Positions 36,201-51,200 of a stretch of DNA of 64,000 nucleotides are shown one piece after another. Position numbers and translations under genes: made by a program. This DNA is from Eledone cirrhosa (lineage: Eukaryota). Below the pieces are notes generated by a model that worked only from the letters and a program-made list of their open reading frames with translations, was not told the origin of the DNA and did no database searches. The stretch is from positions 436,914,001 to 436,978,000 of the forward strand of contig OZ024740.1 of the NCBI GenBank assembly GCA_964016885.1, read 5' to 3'. Each line of letters begins with the position of its first letter. The first letter of the stretch is position 1.

Positions 36201-39200
36201 ACAAATTCTATCCTTACGAATCTACCAACTGTTAATATAACAAATTCTATCGTTACGACTCTACCAACTGTTAATATAACCAATTCTATCCTAATGATTC
36301 TACCAACTGTTAATATAACCAATTCTATCCTAATGATTCTACCAACTGTTAATATAACCAATTCTATCCTAATGAGTCTACCAACTGTTAATATAACCAA
36401 TTCTATACTAATTATCCTACCAACTGTTATTATAACGAATTCTATCCTTACGACTCTACCAACTGTTAATATAACAAATTCTATTGTTACGACTCTACCA
36501 ACTGTTAATATAACAAATTCTATCCTTACGACACTACCAACTGTTAATATAACAAATTCTATCCTTACGACTCTACCAACTGTTAATATAACAAATTCAA
36601 TCCTTACGAATCTACCAACTGTTAATATAACAAATTCTATCGTTACGAATCTACCAACTGTTAATATAACAAATTCTATCGTTACGACTCTACCAACTGT
36701 TAATATAACAAATTCTATCCTTACGACTCTACCAACTGTTAATATAACAAATTCTATCCTTACGACTCTACCAACTGTTAATATAACCAATTCTATCCTT
36801 ACGACTCTACCAACTGTTAATATAACAAATTCCATCCTTACGACTCTACCAACTGTTAATATAACAAATTCTATCGTTACGAATCTACCAACTGTTAATA
36901 TAACAAATTCTATCCTTACGACTCTACCAACTGTTAATATAACCAATTCTATCCTTACGACTCTACCAACTGTTAATATAACAAATTCTATCGTTACGAA
37001 TCTACCAACTGTTAATATAACAAATTCTATCCTTACGACTCTACCAACTGTTAATATAACAAATTCTATCGTTACGAATCTACCAACTGTTAATATAACA
37101 AATTCTATCCTTACGACTCTACCAACTGTTAATATAACAAATTCTATCGTTACGAATCTACCAACTGTTAATATAACCAATTCTATCCTTACGACTCTAC
37201 CAACTGTTAGTATAACCAATTCTATCCTAATGATTCTACAAACTGTTAATATAACCAATTCTATCCTTACGACTCTACCCACTGTTAATATAACAAATTC
37301 CATCCTTACGACTCTACCAACTCTTAATATAACAAATTCTATCCTTACGACTCTACCAACTGTTAGAATAACCAATTCTATCCTAATGATTCTACCAACT
37401 GTTAATATAACCAATTCTATCCTAATGAGTCTACCAACTGTTAATATAACCAATTCTATCCTAATGAGTCTACCAACTGTTAATATAACCAATTCTATCC
37501 TAATGAGTCTACCAACTGTTAATATAACCAATTCTATCCTAATGAGTCTACCAACTGTTAATATAACCAATTCTATCCTAATGAGTCTATCAACTGTTAA
37601 TATAATCAATTCTATCCTTACGACTCTACCAACTGTTAGTATAACCAATTCTATCCTAATGATTCTACCAACTGTTAATATAACCAATTCTATCCTAATG
37701 AGTCTACCAACTGTTAATATAACCAATTCTATCCTAATGAGTCTACCAACTGTTAATATAACCAATTCTATCCTAATGAGTCTACCAACTGTTAATATAA
37801 CCAATTCTATACTAATTATCCTACCAACTGTTATTATAACGAATTCTATCCTTACGACTCTACCAACTGTTAATATAACAAATTCTATTGTTACGACTCT
37901 ACCAACTGTTAATATAACAAATTCTATCCTTACGACACTACCAACTGTTAATATAACAAATTCTATCCTTACGACTCTACCAACTGTTAATATAACAAAT
38001 TCAATCCTTACGAATCTACCAACTGTTAATATAACAAATTCTATCGTTACGAATCTACCAACTGTTAATATAACAAATTCTATCGTTACGACTCTACCAA
38101 CTGTTAATATAACAAATTCTATCCTTACGACTCTACCAACTGTTAATATAACCAATTCTATCCTTACAACTCTACCAACTGTTAATATAACCAATTCTAT
38201 CCTTACGACTCTACCAACTGTTAATATAACAAATTCCATCCTTACGACTCTACCAACTGTTAATATAACAAATTCTATAGTTACGAATCTACCAACTGTT
38301 AATATAACAAATTCTATCCTTACGACTCTACCAACTGTTAGTATAACCAATTCTATCCTAATGATTCTACAAACTGTTAATATAACCAATTCTATCCTTA
38401 CGACTCTACCAACTGTTAATATAACAAATTCCATCCTTACGACTCTACCAACTCTTAATATAACAAATTCTATCCTTACGACTCTACCAACTGTTAGAAT
38501 AACCAATTCTATCCTTACGACTCTACCAACTGTTAATATAACAAATTCTATCCTTACGACTCTACCAACTGTTAATATAACCAATTCTATCCTTACGACT
38601 CTACCAACTGTTAATATAACAAATTCCATCCTTACGACTCTACCAACTGTTAATAAAACAAATTCTATCCTTACGACTCTACCAACTGTTAATATAACAA
38701 ATTCAATCCTTACGAATCTACCAACTGTTAATATAACAAATTCTATCGTTACGAATCTACCAACTGTTAATATAACAAATTCTATCGTTACGACTCTACC
38801 AACTGTTAATATAACAAATTCTATCCTTACGACTCTACCAACTGTTAGAATAACCAATTCTATCCTAATGACTCTACCAACTGTTAATATAACAAATTCT
38901 ATCCTTACGACTCTACCAACTGTTAATATAATAAATTCTATCCTAATGATTTTACCAACTGTTATTATAACCATTCTATCCTTACAACTCTACCAAATGT
39001 TAATATAACAAATTCCATCCTTACGACTCTACCAACTGTTAATATAACAGATTCCATCCTTACGACTCTACCAACTGTTAATATAACAAATTCTATCCTT
39101 ACGACTCTACCAACTGTTAATATAACAAAGTCTATCCTTACAATTCTACCAATGTTAATATAACAAATTCTATCCTTCAGACTCTACCAACTGTTAATAT

Positions 39201-42200
39201 AACCAATTCTATACTAATTATCCTACCAACTGTTAATATAACAAATTCTATCGTTACGACTCTACCAACTGTTAATATAACAAATTCTATCCTAATGACT
39301 CTACCAACTGTTAATATAACAAATTCTATCCTAATGAGTCTACCAACTGTTAATATAACAAATTCTATCCTAATGAGTCTACCAACTGTTAATATAACAA
39401 ATTCTATCCTAATGAGTCTACCAACTGTTAATATAACAAATTCTATCCTAATGAGTCTACCAACTGTTAATATAACAAATTCTATCCTAATGAGTCTACC
39501 AAATGTTAATATAACAAATTCTATCCTAATGAGTCTACCAACTGTTAATATAACAAATTCTATCCTAATGAGTCTACCAACTGTTAATATAACAAATTCT
39601 ATCCTAATGAGTCTACCAACTGTTAATATAACCAATTCTATCCTAATGACTCTACCAACTGTTAATATAACCAATTCTATCCTAATGACTCTACCAACTG
39701 TTAATATAACAAATTCTATCCTAATGAGTCTACCAACTGTTAATATAACCAATTCTATCCTAATGACTCTACCAACTGTTAATATAACAAATTCTATCCT
39801 AATGAGTCTACCAACTGTTAATATAACCAATTCTATCCTAATGAATCTACCAACTGTTAATATAATAAATTCTATCCGTACGACTCTACCAACTGTTAAT
39901 ATAACAAATTCTATCCTAATGAGTCTACCGACTGTTAATATAACCAATTCTATCCTAATGAATCTACCAACTGTTAATATAACAAATTCTATCCTTACGA
40001 CTCTACCAACTGTTAATATAACCAATTCTATCCTTACGACTCTACCAACTGTTAATATAACAAATTCTATCCTAATGACTCTACCAGCTGTTAATATAAC
40101 AAATTCTATCCTTACGACTCTACCAACTGTTAATATAACCAATTCTATCCTTACGACTCTACCAACTGTTAATATAACAAATTCTATCCTTACGACTCTA
40201 CCAACTGTTAATATAACCAATTCTATCCTTACGACTCTACCAACTGTTAATATAACAAATTCAATCCTTACGAATCTACCAACTGTTAATATAACCAATT
40301 CTATCCTTATGACTCTACCAACTGTTAATATAACCAATTCTATCCTAATGAGTCTACCAACTGTTAATATAACAAATTCTATCCTAATGAGTCTACCAAC
40401 TGTTAATATAACCAATTCTATCCTATTGAGACTACCAACTGTTAATATAACAAATTCAAACCTTACGACTCTACCAACTGTTAATATAACAAATTCTATC
40501 ATTACGACTCTACCAACTGTTAATATAACAAATTCTATCCTTACGACTCTACCAACTGTTAATATAACAAATTCTATCCTAATGAGTCTACCAACTGTTA
40601 ATATAACCAATTCTATGCTAATGAGTCTACCAACTGTTAATATAGCAAATTCAATCCTTTCGAATCTACCAACTGTTAATATAACAAATTCTATCCTTAC
40701 GAATCTACCAACTGTTAATATAACAAATTCTATCGTTACGACTCTACCAACTGTTAATATAACCAATTCTATCCTAATGATTCTACCAACTGTTAATATA
40801 ACCAATTCTATCCTAATGATTCTACCAACTGTTAATATAACCAATTCTATCCTAATGAGTCTACCAACTGTTAATATAACCAATTCTATACTAATTATCC
40901 TACCAACTGTTATTATAACGAATTCTATCCTTACGACTCTACCAACTGTTAATATAACAAATTCTATTGTTACGACTCTACCAACTGTTAATATAACAAA
41001 TTCTATCCTTACGACACTACCAACTGTTAATATAACAAATTCTATCCTTACGACTCTACCAACTGTTAATATAACAAATTCAATCCTTACGAATCTACCA
41101 ACTGTTAATATAACAAATTCTATCGTTACGAATCTACCAACTGTTAATATAACAAATTCTATCGTTACGACTCTACCAACTGTTAATATAACAAATTCTA
41201 TCCTTACGACTCTACCAACTGTTAATATAACAAATTCTATCCTTACGACTCTACCAACTGTTAATATAACCAATTCTATCCTTACGACTCTACCAACTGT
41301 TAATATAACAAATTCCATCCTTACGACTCTACCAACTGTTAATATAACAAATTCTATCGTTACGAATCTACCAACTGTTAATATAACAAATTCTATCCTT
41401 ACGACTCTACCAACTGTTAATATAACCAATTCTATCCTTACGACTCTACCAACTGTTAATATAACAAATTCTATCGTTACGAATCTACCAACTGTTAATA
41501 TAACAAATTCTATCCTTACGACTCTACCAACTGTTAATATAACAAATTCTATCGTTACGAATCTACCAACTGTTAATATAACAAATTCTATCCTTACGAC
41601 TCTACCAACTGTTAATATAACAAATTCTATCGTTACGAATCTACCAACTGTTAATATAACCAATTCTATCCTTACGACTCTACCAACTGTTAGTATAACC
41701 AATTCTATCCTAATGATTCTACAAACTGTTAATATAACCAATTCTATCCTTACGACTCTACCCACTGTTAATATAACAAATTCCATCCTTACGACTCTAC
41801 CAACTCTTAATATAACAAATTCTATCCTTACGACTCTACCAACTGTTAGAATAACCAATTCTATCCTAATGATTCTACCAACTGTTAATATAACCAATTC
41901 TATCCTAATGAGTCTACCAACTGTTAATATAACCAATTCTATCCTAATGAGTCTACCAACTGTTAATATAACCAATTCTATCCTAATGAGTCTACCAACT
42001 GTTAATATAACCAATTCTATCCTAATGAGTCTACCAACTGTTAATATAACCAATTCTATCCTAATGAGTCTATCAACTGTTAATATAATCAATTCTATCC
42101 TTACGACTCTACCAACTGTTAGTATAACCAATTCTATCCTAATGATTCTACCAACTGTTAATATAACCAATTCTATCCTAATGAGTCTACCAACTGTTAA

Positions 42201-45200
42201 TATAACCAATTCTATCCTAATGAGTCTACCAACTGTTAATATAACCAATTCTATCCTAATGAGTCTACCAACTGTTAATATAACCAATTCTATACTAATT
42301 ATCCTACCAACTGTTATTATAACGAATTCTATCCTTACGACTCTACCAACTGTTAATATAACAAATTCTATTGTTACGACTCTACCAACTGTTAATATAA
42401 CAAATTCTATCCTTACGACACTACCAACTGTTAATATAACAAATTCTATCCTTACGACTCTACCAACTGTTAATATAACAAATTCAATCCTTACGAATCT
42501 ACCAACTGTTAATATAACAAATTCTATCGTTACGAATCTACCAACTGTTAATATAACAAATTCTATCGTTACGACTCTACCAACTGTTAATATAACAAAT
42601 TCTATCCTTACGACTCTACCAACTGTTAATATAACCAATTCTATCCTTACAACTCTACCAACTGTTAATATAACCAATTCTATCCTTACGACTCTACCAA
42701 CTGTTAATATAACAAATTCCATCCTTACGACTCTACCAACTGTTAATATAACAAATTCTATAGTTACGAATCTACCAACTGTTAATATAACAAATTCTAT
42801 CCTTACGACTCTACCAACTGTTAGTATAACCAATTCTATCCTAATGATTCTACAAACTGTTAATATAACCAATTCTATCCTTACGACTCTACCAACTGTT
42901 AATATAACAAATTCCATCCTTACGACTCTACCAACTCTTAATATAACAAATTCTATCCTTACGACTCTACCAACTGTTAGAATAACCAATTCTATCCTTA
43001 CGACTCTACCAACTGTTAATATAACAAATTCTATCCTTACGACTCTACCAACTGTTAATATAACCAATTCTATCCTTACGACTCTACCAACTGTTAATAT
43101 AACAAATTCCATCCTTACGACTCTACCAACTGTTAATAAAACAAATTCTATCCTTACGACTCTACCAACTGTTAATATAACAAATTCAATCCTTACGAAT
43201 CTACCAACTGTTAATATAACAAATTCTATCGTTACGAATCTACCAACTGTTAATATAACAAATTCTATCGTTACGACTCTACCAACTGTTAATATAACAA
43301 ATTCTATCCTTACGACTCTACCAACTCTTAATATAACAAATTCTATCCTTACGACTCTACCAACTGTTAATATAACCATTTCTATCCTTACGACTCTACC
43401 AACTGTTAATATAACAAATTCCATCCTTACGACTCTACCAACTGTTAATATAACAAATTCTATCGTTACGAATCTACCAACTGTTAATATAACAAATTCT
43501 ATCCTTACGACTCTACCAACTGTTAATATAACCAATTCTATCCTTACGACTCTACCAACTGTTAGTATAACCAATTCTATCCTAATGATTCTACAAACTG
43601 TTAATATAACCAATTCTATCCTTACGACTCTACCAACTGTTAATATAACAAATTCCATCCTTACGACTCTACCAACTCTTAATATAACAAATTCTATCCT
43701 TACGACTCTACCAACTGTTAATATAACAAATTCTATCCTTACGACTCTACCAACTGTTAGAATAACCAATTCTATCCTAATGATTCTACCAACTGTTAAT
43801 ATAACCAATTCTATCCTAATGAGTCTACCAACTGTTAATATAACCAATTCTATCCTAATGAGTCTACCAACTGTTAATATAACCAATTCTATCCTAATGA
43901 GTCTACCAACTGTTAATATAACCAATTCTATACTAATTATCCTACCAACTGTTATTATAACGAATTCTATCCTTACGACTCTACCAACTGTTAATATAAC
44001 AAATTCTATTGTTACGACTCTACCAACTGTTAATATAACAAATTCTATCCTTACGACACTACCAACTGTTAATATAACAAATTCTATCCTTACGACTCTA
44101 CCAACTGTTAATATAACAAATTCAATCCTTACGAATCTACCAACTGTTAATATAACAAATTCTATCGTTACGAATCTACCAACTGTTAATATAACAAATT
44201 CTATCGTTACGACTCTACCAACTGTTAATATAACAAATTCTATCCTTACGACTCTACCAACTGTTAATATAACAAATTCTATCCTTACGACTCTACCAAC
44301 TGTTAATATAACCAATTCTATCCTTACGACTCTACCAACTGTTAATATAACAAATTCCATCCTTACGACTCTACCAACTGTTAATATAACAAATTCTATC
44401 GTTACGAATCTACCAACTGTTAATATAACAAATTCTATCCTTACGACTCTACCAACTGTTAATATAACCAATTCTATCCTTACGACTCTACCAACTGTTA
44501 GTATAACCAATTCTATCCTAATGATTCTACAAACTGTTAATATAACCAATTCTATCCTTACGACTCTACCAACTGTTAATATAACAAATTCCATCCTTAC
44601 GACTCTACCAACTCTTAATATAACAAATTCTATCCTTACGACTCTACCAACTCTTAATATAACAAATTCTATCCTTACGACTCTACCAACTGTTAATATA
44701 ATAAATTCTATCCTAATGATTTTACCAACTGTTATTATAACCATTCTATCCATACAACTCTACCAAATGTTAATATAACAAATTCCATCCTTACGACTCT
44801 ACCAACTGTTAATATAACAGATTCCATCCTTACGACTCTACCAACTGTTAATATAACAAATTCCATCCTTACGACTCTACCAACTGTTAATATAACAAAT
44901 TCTATCCTTACGACTCAAACAACTGTTAATATAACCAATTCTATCCTAATGAGTCTACCAACTGTTAATATAACCAATTCTATCCTAATGAGTCTACCAA
45001 CTGTTAATATAACCAATTCTATCCTAATGAGTCTACCAACTGTTAATATAACCAATTCTATACTAATTATCCTACCAACTGTTAATATAACCAATTCTAT
45101 CCTAATGAATCTACCAACTGTTAATATAACAAATTCTATCCTAATGACTCTACCAAGTGTTAATATAACAAATTCTATCCTTACGACTCTACCAACTGTT

Positions 45201-48200
45201 AATATAACAAATTCTATCGTTACGACTCTACCAACTTTTAATATAACAAATTCTATCCTTACGACTCTACCAACTGTTAATATAACAAATTCTATCGTTA
45301 CGACTCTACCAACTCTTAATATAACAAATTCTATCGTTACGACTCTACCAACTGTTAATATAATAAATTCTATCCTAATAATTCTACCAACTGTTATTAT
45401 AACCAATCTATCCTTACAACTCTACCAACTGTTAATATAACAAATTCTATCGTTACGACTCTACCAACTCTTAATATTACAAATTCTATCCTTACGACTC
45501 TACCAACTGTTAATATAACCAATTATATCCTAATGATTCTACCAACTGTTAGTATAACCAATTCTATCCTAATGATTCTACCAACTGTTAGTATAACCAA
45601 TTATATCCTAATAATTCTACCAACTGTTAATATAACAAATTCTATCGTTATGAATCTACCAACTCTTAATATGACAAATTCTATCCTTACGACTCTACCA
45701 ACTGTTAATATAATAAATTCTATCCTAATGATTTTACCAACTGTTATTATAACCATTCTATCCTTACAACTCTACCAAATGTTAATATAACAAATTCCAT
45801 CCTTACGACTCTACCAACTGTTAATATAACAAATTCCATCCTTACGACTCTACCAACTGTTAATATAACCAATTCTATCCTAATGAGTCTACCAACTGTT
45901 AATATAACCAATTCTATCCTAATGAGTCTACCAACTGTTAATATAACAAATTCTATCCTAATGACTCTACCAACTGTTAATAGAACAAATTCAAACCTTA
46001 CGACTCTACCAACTGTTAATATAACAAATTCTATCCTTACGACACTACCAACTGTTAATATAACAAATTCTATCCTTACGACACTACCAACTGTTAATAT
46101 AACAAATTCTATCCTTACGACTCTACCAACTGTTAATATAACAAATTCAATCCTTACGAATCTACCAACTGTTAATATAACAAATTCTATCGTTACGAAT
46201 CTACCAACTGTTAATATAACAAATTCTATCGTTACGACTCTACCAACTGTTAATATAACAAATTCTATCCTTACGACTCTACCAACTGTTAATATAACAA
46301 ATTCTATCCTTACGACTCTACCAACTGTTAATATAACCAATTCTATCCTTACGACTCTACCAACTGTTAATATAACAAATTCCATCCTTACGACTCTACC
46401 AACTGTTAATATAACAAATTCTATCGTTACGAATCTACCAACTGTTAATATAACAAATTCAATCCTTACGAATCTACCAACTGTTAATATAACCAATTCT
46501 ATCCTTACGACTCTACCAACTGTTAATATAACCAATTCTATCCTAATGAGTCTACCAACTGTTAATATAACCAATTCTATCCTATTGAGACTACCAACTG
46601 TTAATATAACAAATTCAATCCTTACGACTCTACCAACTGTTAATATAACAAATTCTATCCTTACGACTCTACCAACTGTTAATATAACAAATTCAATCCT
46701 TACGAATCTACCAACTGTTAATATAACCAATTCTATCCTTACGAATCTACCAACTGTTAATATAACAAATTCAATCCTTACGAATCTACCAACTGTTAAT
46801 ATAACCAATTCTATCCTAATGAGTCTACCAACTGTTAATATAACAAATTCTATCCTTACGACTCTACCAACTGTTAATATAACAAATTCAATCCTTACGA
46901 CTTTACCAGCTGATAATATAACAAATTCTATCCTTACGACTCTACCAACTGTTAATATAACAAATTCTATCCTAATGAGTCTACCAACTGTTAATATAAC
47001 CAATTCTATCCTAATGAGTCTACCAACTGTTAATATAACAAATTCAATCCTTTCGAATCTACCAACTGTTAATATAACAAATTCTATCCTTACGAATCTA
47101 CCAACTGTTCATATAACAAATTCTATCGTTACGACTCTACCAACTGTTAATATAACCAATTCTATCCTAATGATTCTACCAACTGTTAATATAACCAATT
47201 CTATCCTAATCATTCTACCAACTGTTAATATAACCAATTCTATCCTAATGAGTCTACCAACTGTTAATATAACCAATTCTATCCTAATGAGTCTACCAAC
47301 TGTTAATATAACCAATTCTATCCTAATGAGTCTACCAACTGTTAATATAACCAATTCTATACTAATTATCCTACCAACTGTTATTATAACGAATTCTATC
47401 CTTACGACTCTACCAACTGTTAATATAACAAATTCTATCCTTACGACTCTACCAACTGTTAATATAACAAATTCTATCCTTACGACTCTACCAACTGTTA
47501 ATATAACAAGTTCAATCCTTACGACTCTACCAACTGTTAATATAACAAATTTAATCCTTACGACTCTACCAACTGTTAATATAACCAATTCTATCCTAAT
47601 GATTCTACCAACTGTTAATATAACAAATTCAATCCTTACGACTCTACCAACTGTTAATATAACAAATTTAATCCTTACGACTCTACCAACTGTTAATATA
47701 ACAAATTCAATCCTTACGACTCTACCAACTGTTAATATAACAAATTCAATCCTTACGACTCTACCAACTGTTAATATAACAAATTCAATCCTTACGACTC
47801 TACCAACTGTTAATATAACAAATTCTATCCTTACGACTCTACCAACTGTTAATATAACAAATTCAATCCTTACGACTCTACCAACTGTTAATATAACAAA
47901 TTTAATCCTTACGACTCTACCAACTGTTAATATAACAAATTCAATCCTTACGACTCTACCAACTGTTAATATAACAAATTCAATCCTTACGACTCTACCA
48001 ACTGTTAATATAACAAATTCAATCCTTACGACTCTACCAACTGTTAATATAACAAATTCAATCCTTACGACTCTACCAACTGTTAATATAACAAATTCAA
48101 TCCTTACGACTCTACCAACTGTTAATATAACAAATTCAATCCTTACGACTCTACCAACTGTTAATATAACAAATTCAATCCTTACGACTCTACCAACTGT

Positions 48201-51200
48201 TAATATAACAAATTCTATCCTTACGACTCTACCAACTGTTAATATAACAAATTCCATCCGTACGACTCTACCAACTGTTAATATAACAAATTCCATCCTT
48301 ACGACTCTACCAACTGTTAATATAACCAATTCTATCCTAATGAGTCTACCAACTGTTAATAGAACCAATTCTATCCTAATGAGTCTACCAACTGTTAATA
48401 TAACCAATTCTATACTAATTATCCTACCAACTGTTAATATAATCAATTCTATACTAATTATCCAACCAACTGTTAATATTACCAATTCTATCCTAATGAT
48501 TCTACAAACTGTTAACATAACCAATTATATCCTAATGACTCTACCAACTGTTAATATAACATATTCTATCCTAATGATTCTACCAACTCTTAATATAACA
48601 AATTCTATCCTAATGACTCTACCAATTCTTAATATAACCAATTCTATCCTTACGACTCTACCAACTGTTAATATAACAAATTCTATCGTTACGACTCTAC
48701 CAACTGTTAATATAACAAATTCTATCGTTACGACTCTACCAACTGTTAATATAACAAATTCTATCCTTACGACTCTACCAACTGTTAATATAACAAATTC
48801 TATCCTTACGACTCTACCAACCTGTTAATATAACAAATTCAATCCTTACGACTCTACCAACTGTTAATATAACAAATTCTATCGTTACGACTCTACCAAC
48901 TGTTAATATAACAAATTCTATCCTTACGACTCTACCAACTGTTAATATAACAAATTCTATCCTAATGAGTCTACCAACTGTTAATATAACAAATTCTATC
49001 CTAATGAGTCTACCAACTGTTAATATAACCAATTCTATCCTAATGAGTCTACCAACTGTTAATATAACCAATTCTATCCTAATGAATCTACCAACTGTTA
49101 ATATAACAAATTCTATCGTTACGACTCTACCAACTGTTAATATAACAAATTCTATCCTTACGACTCTACCAACTGTTAATATAACAAATTCTATCCTAAT
49201 GAGTCTACCAACTGTTAACATAACAAATTCTATCCTAATGAGTCTACCAACTGTTAATATAACCAATTCTATCCTAATGAGTCTACCAACTGTTAATATA
49301 ACCAATTCTATCCTAATGAGTCTACCAACTGTTAATATAACCAATTCTATCCTAATGAATCTACCAACTGTTAATATAACAAATTCTATCCTTACGACTC
49401 TACCAACTGTTAATATAACAAATTCTATCCTAATGAGTCTACCAACTGTTAATATAACCAATTCTATCCTAATGAGTCTACCAACTGTTAATATAACCAA
49501 TTCTATCCTAATGAATCTACCAACTGTTAATATAACAAATTCTATCGTTACGACTCTACCAACTGTTAATATAACAAATTCTATCCTAATAATTCTACCA
49601 ACTGTTATTATAACCAATCTATCCTTACAACTCTACCAACTGTTAATATTACAAATTCTATCCTTACGACTCTACCAACTGTTAATATAACCAATACTAT
49701 TCTTACGACTGTACCAACTGTTAATATAACAAATTCTATCCTTACGACTCAACCAACTGTTAATATAGCAAATTCAATCCTAATGAGTCTACCAACTGTT
49801 AATATAACCAATTATATCCTAATGAATCTACCAACTGTTAGTATAACCAATTCTATCCTAATGATTCTACAAACTGTTAATATAACAAATTCTATCCTAA
49901 TAAATCTACCAACTATTAATATAACAAAATTCTATCCTAATGATTCTACCAACTGTTAATATAACCAATTATATCCTAATGATTCTACCAACTGTTAGTA
50001 TAACCAATTCTATCCTAATGATTCTACCAACTGTTAATATAACCAATTCTATCCTAATGACTCTACCAACTGTTAATATAACCAATTCTATCCTAATGAA
50101 TCTACCAACTGTTAATATAACAAATTCTATCCTTACGACTCTACCAACTGTTAATATAACCAATTCTATCCTTACGACTCTACCAACTGTTAATATAATA
50201 AATTCTATTCTTACGACTCTACCAACTGTTAATATAACCAATTCTATCCTTACGACTCTACCAACTGTTAATATAATAAATTCTATTCTTACGACTCTAC
50301 CAACTGTTAATATAACCAATTCTATCCTTACGACTCTACCAACTGTTAATATAACAAATTCTATCCTTACGACTCTACCAACTGTTAGTATAACCAATTC
50401 TATCCTAATGAATCAACCAACTTTTAATATAACCAATTCTATCCTAATGAAGCTACCAACTGTTAATATAACCAACTCTATCCTTACGACTCTACCAACT
50501 GTCAATATAACGAATTCTATCCTTACGACTCTACCGACTGTTAATATAACCAATTCTATCCTAATGAGTCTACCAACTTTTAATATAACCAATTCTATCC
50601 TAATGAAGCTACCAACTGTTAATATAACCAACTCTATCCTTACGACTCTATCAACTGTTAATATAACCAATTCTATCCTAATGAATCTACCAACTGTTAA
50701 TATAACCAACTCTATCCTTACGACTCTACCAACTGTTAATATAACAAATTCCATCCGTACGACTCTACTAACTGTTAATATAACCAATTCTATCCTAATG
50801 AGTCTACCAACTGTTAATATAACCAATTCTATCCTAATGAGTCTACCAACTGTTAATATAACCAGTTCTATACTAATTATCCTACCAACTGTTAATATAA
50901 CCAATCGTATCCTAATGAATCTACCAACTGTTAATATAACCAATTCTATCCTTACGACTCTACCAACTGTTAATATAACCAATTCTATCCTTACGACACT
51001 ACCAACTGTTAATATAACAAATTCTATCCTAATGATTCTACCAACTGTTAATATAACAAATTCTATCCTAATGAATATACCGACTGTTAATATAACACAT
51101 TCCATCCTTACGACTCTACCAACTGTTAATATAACAGATTCTATCCTAATTATTCTACCAACTGTTAATATAACAAATTCCATCCTTACGACTCTACCAA

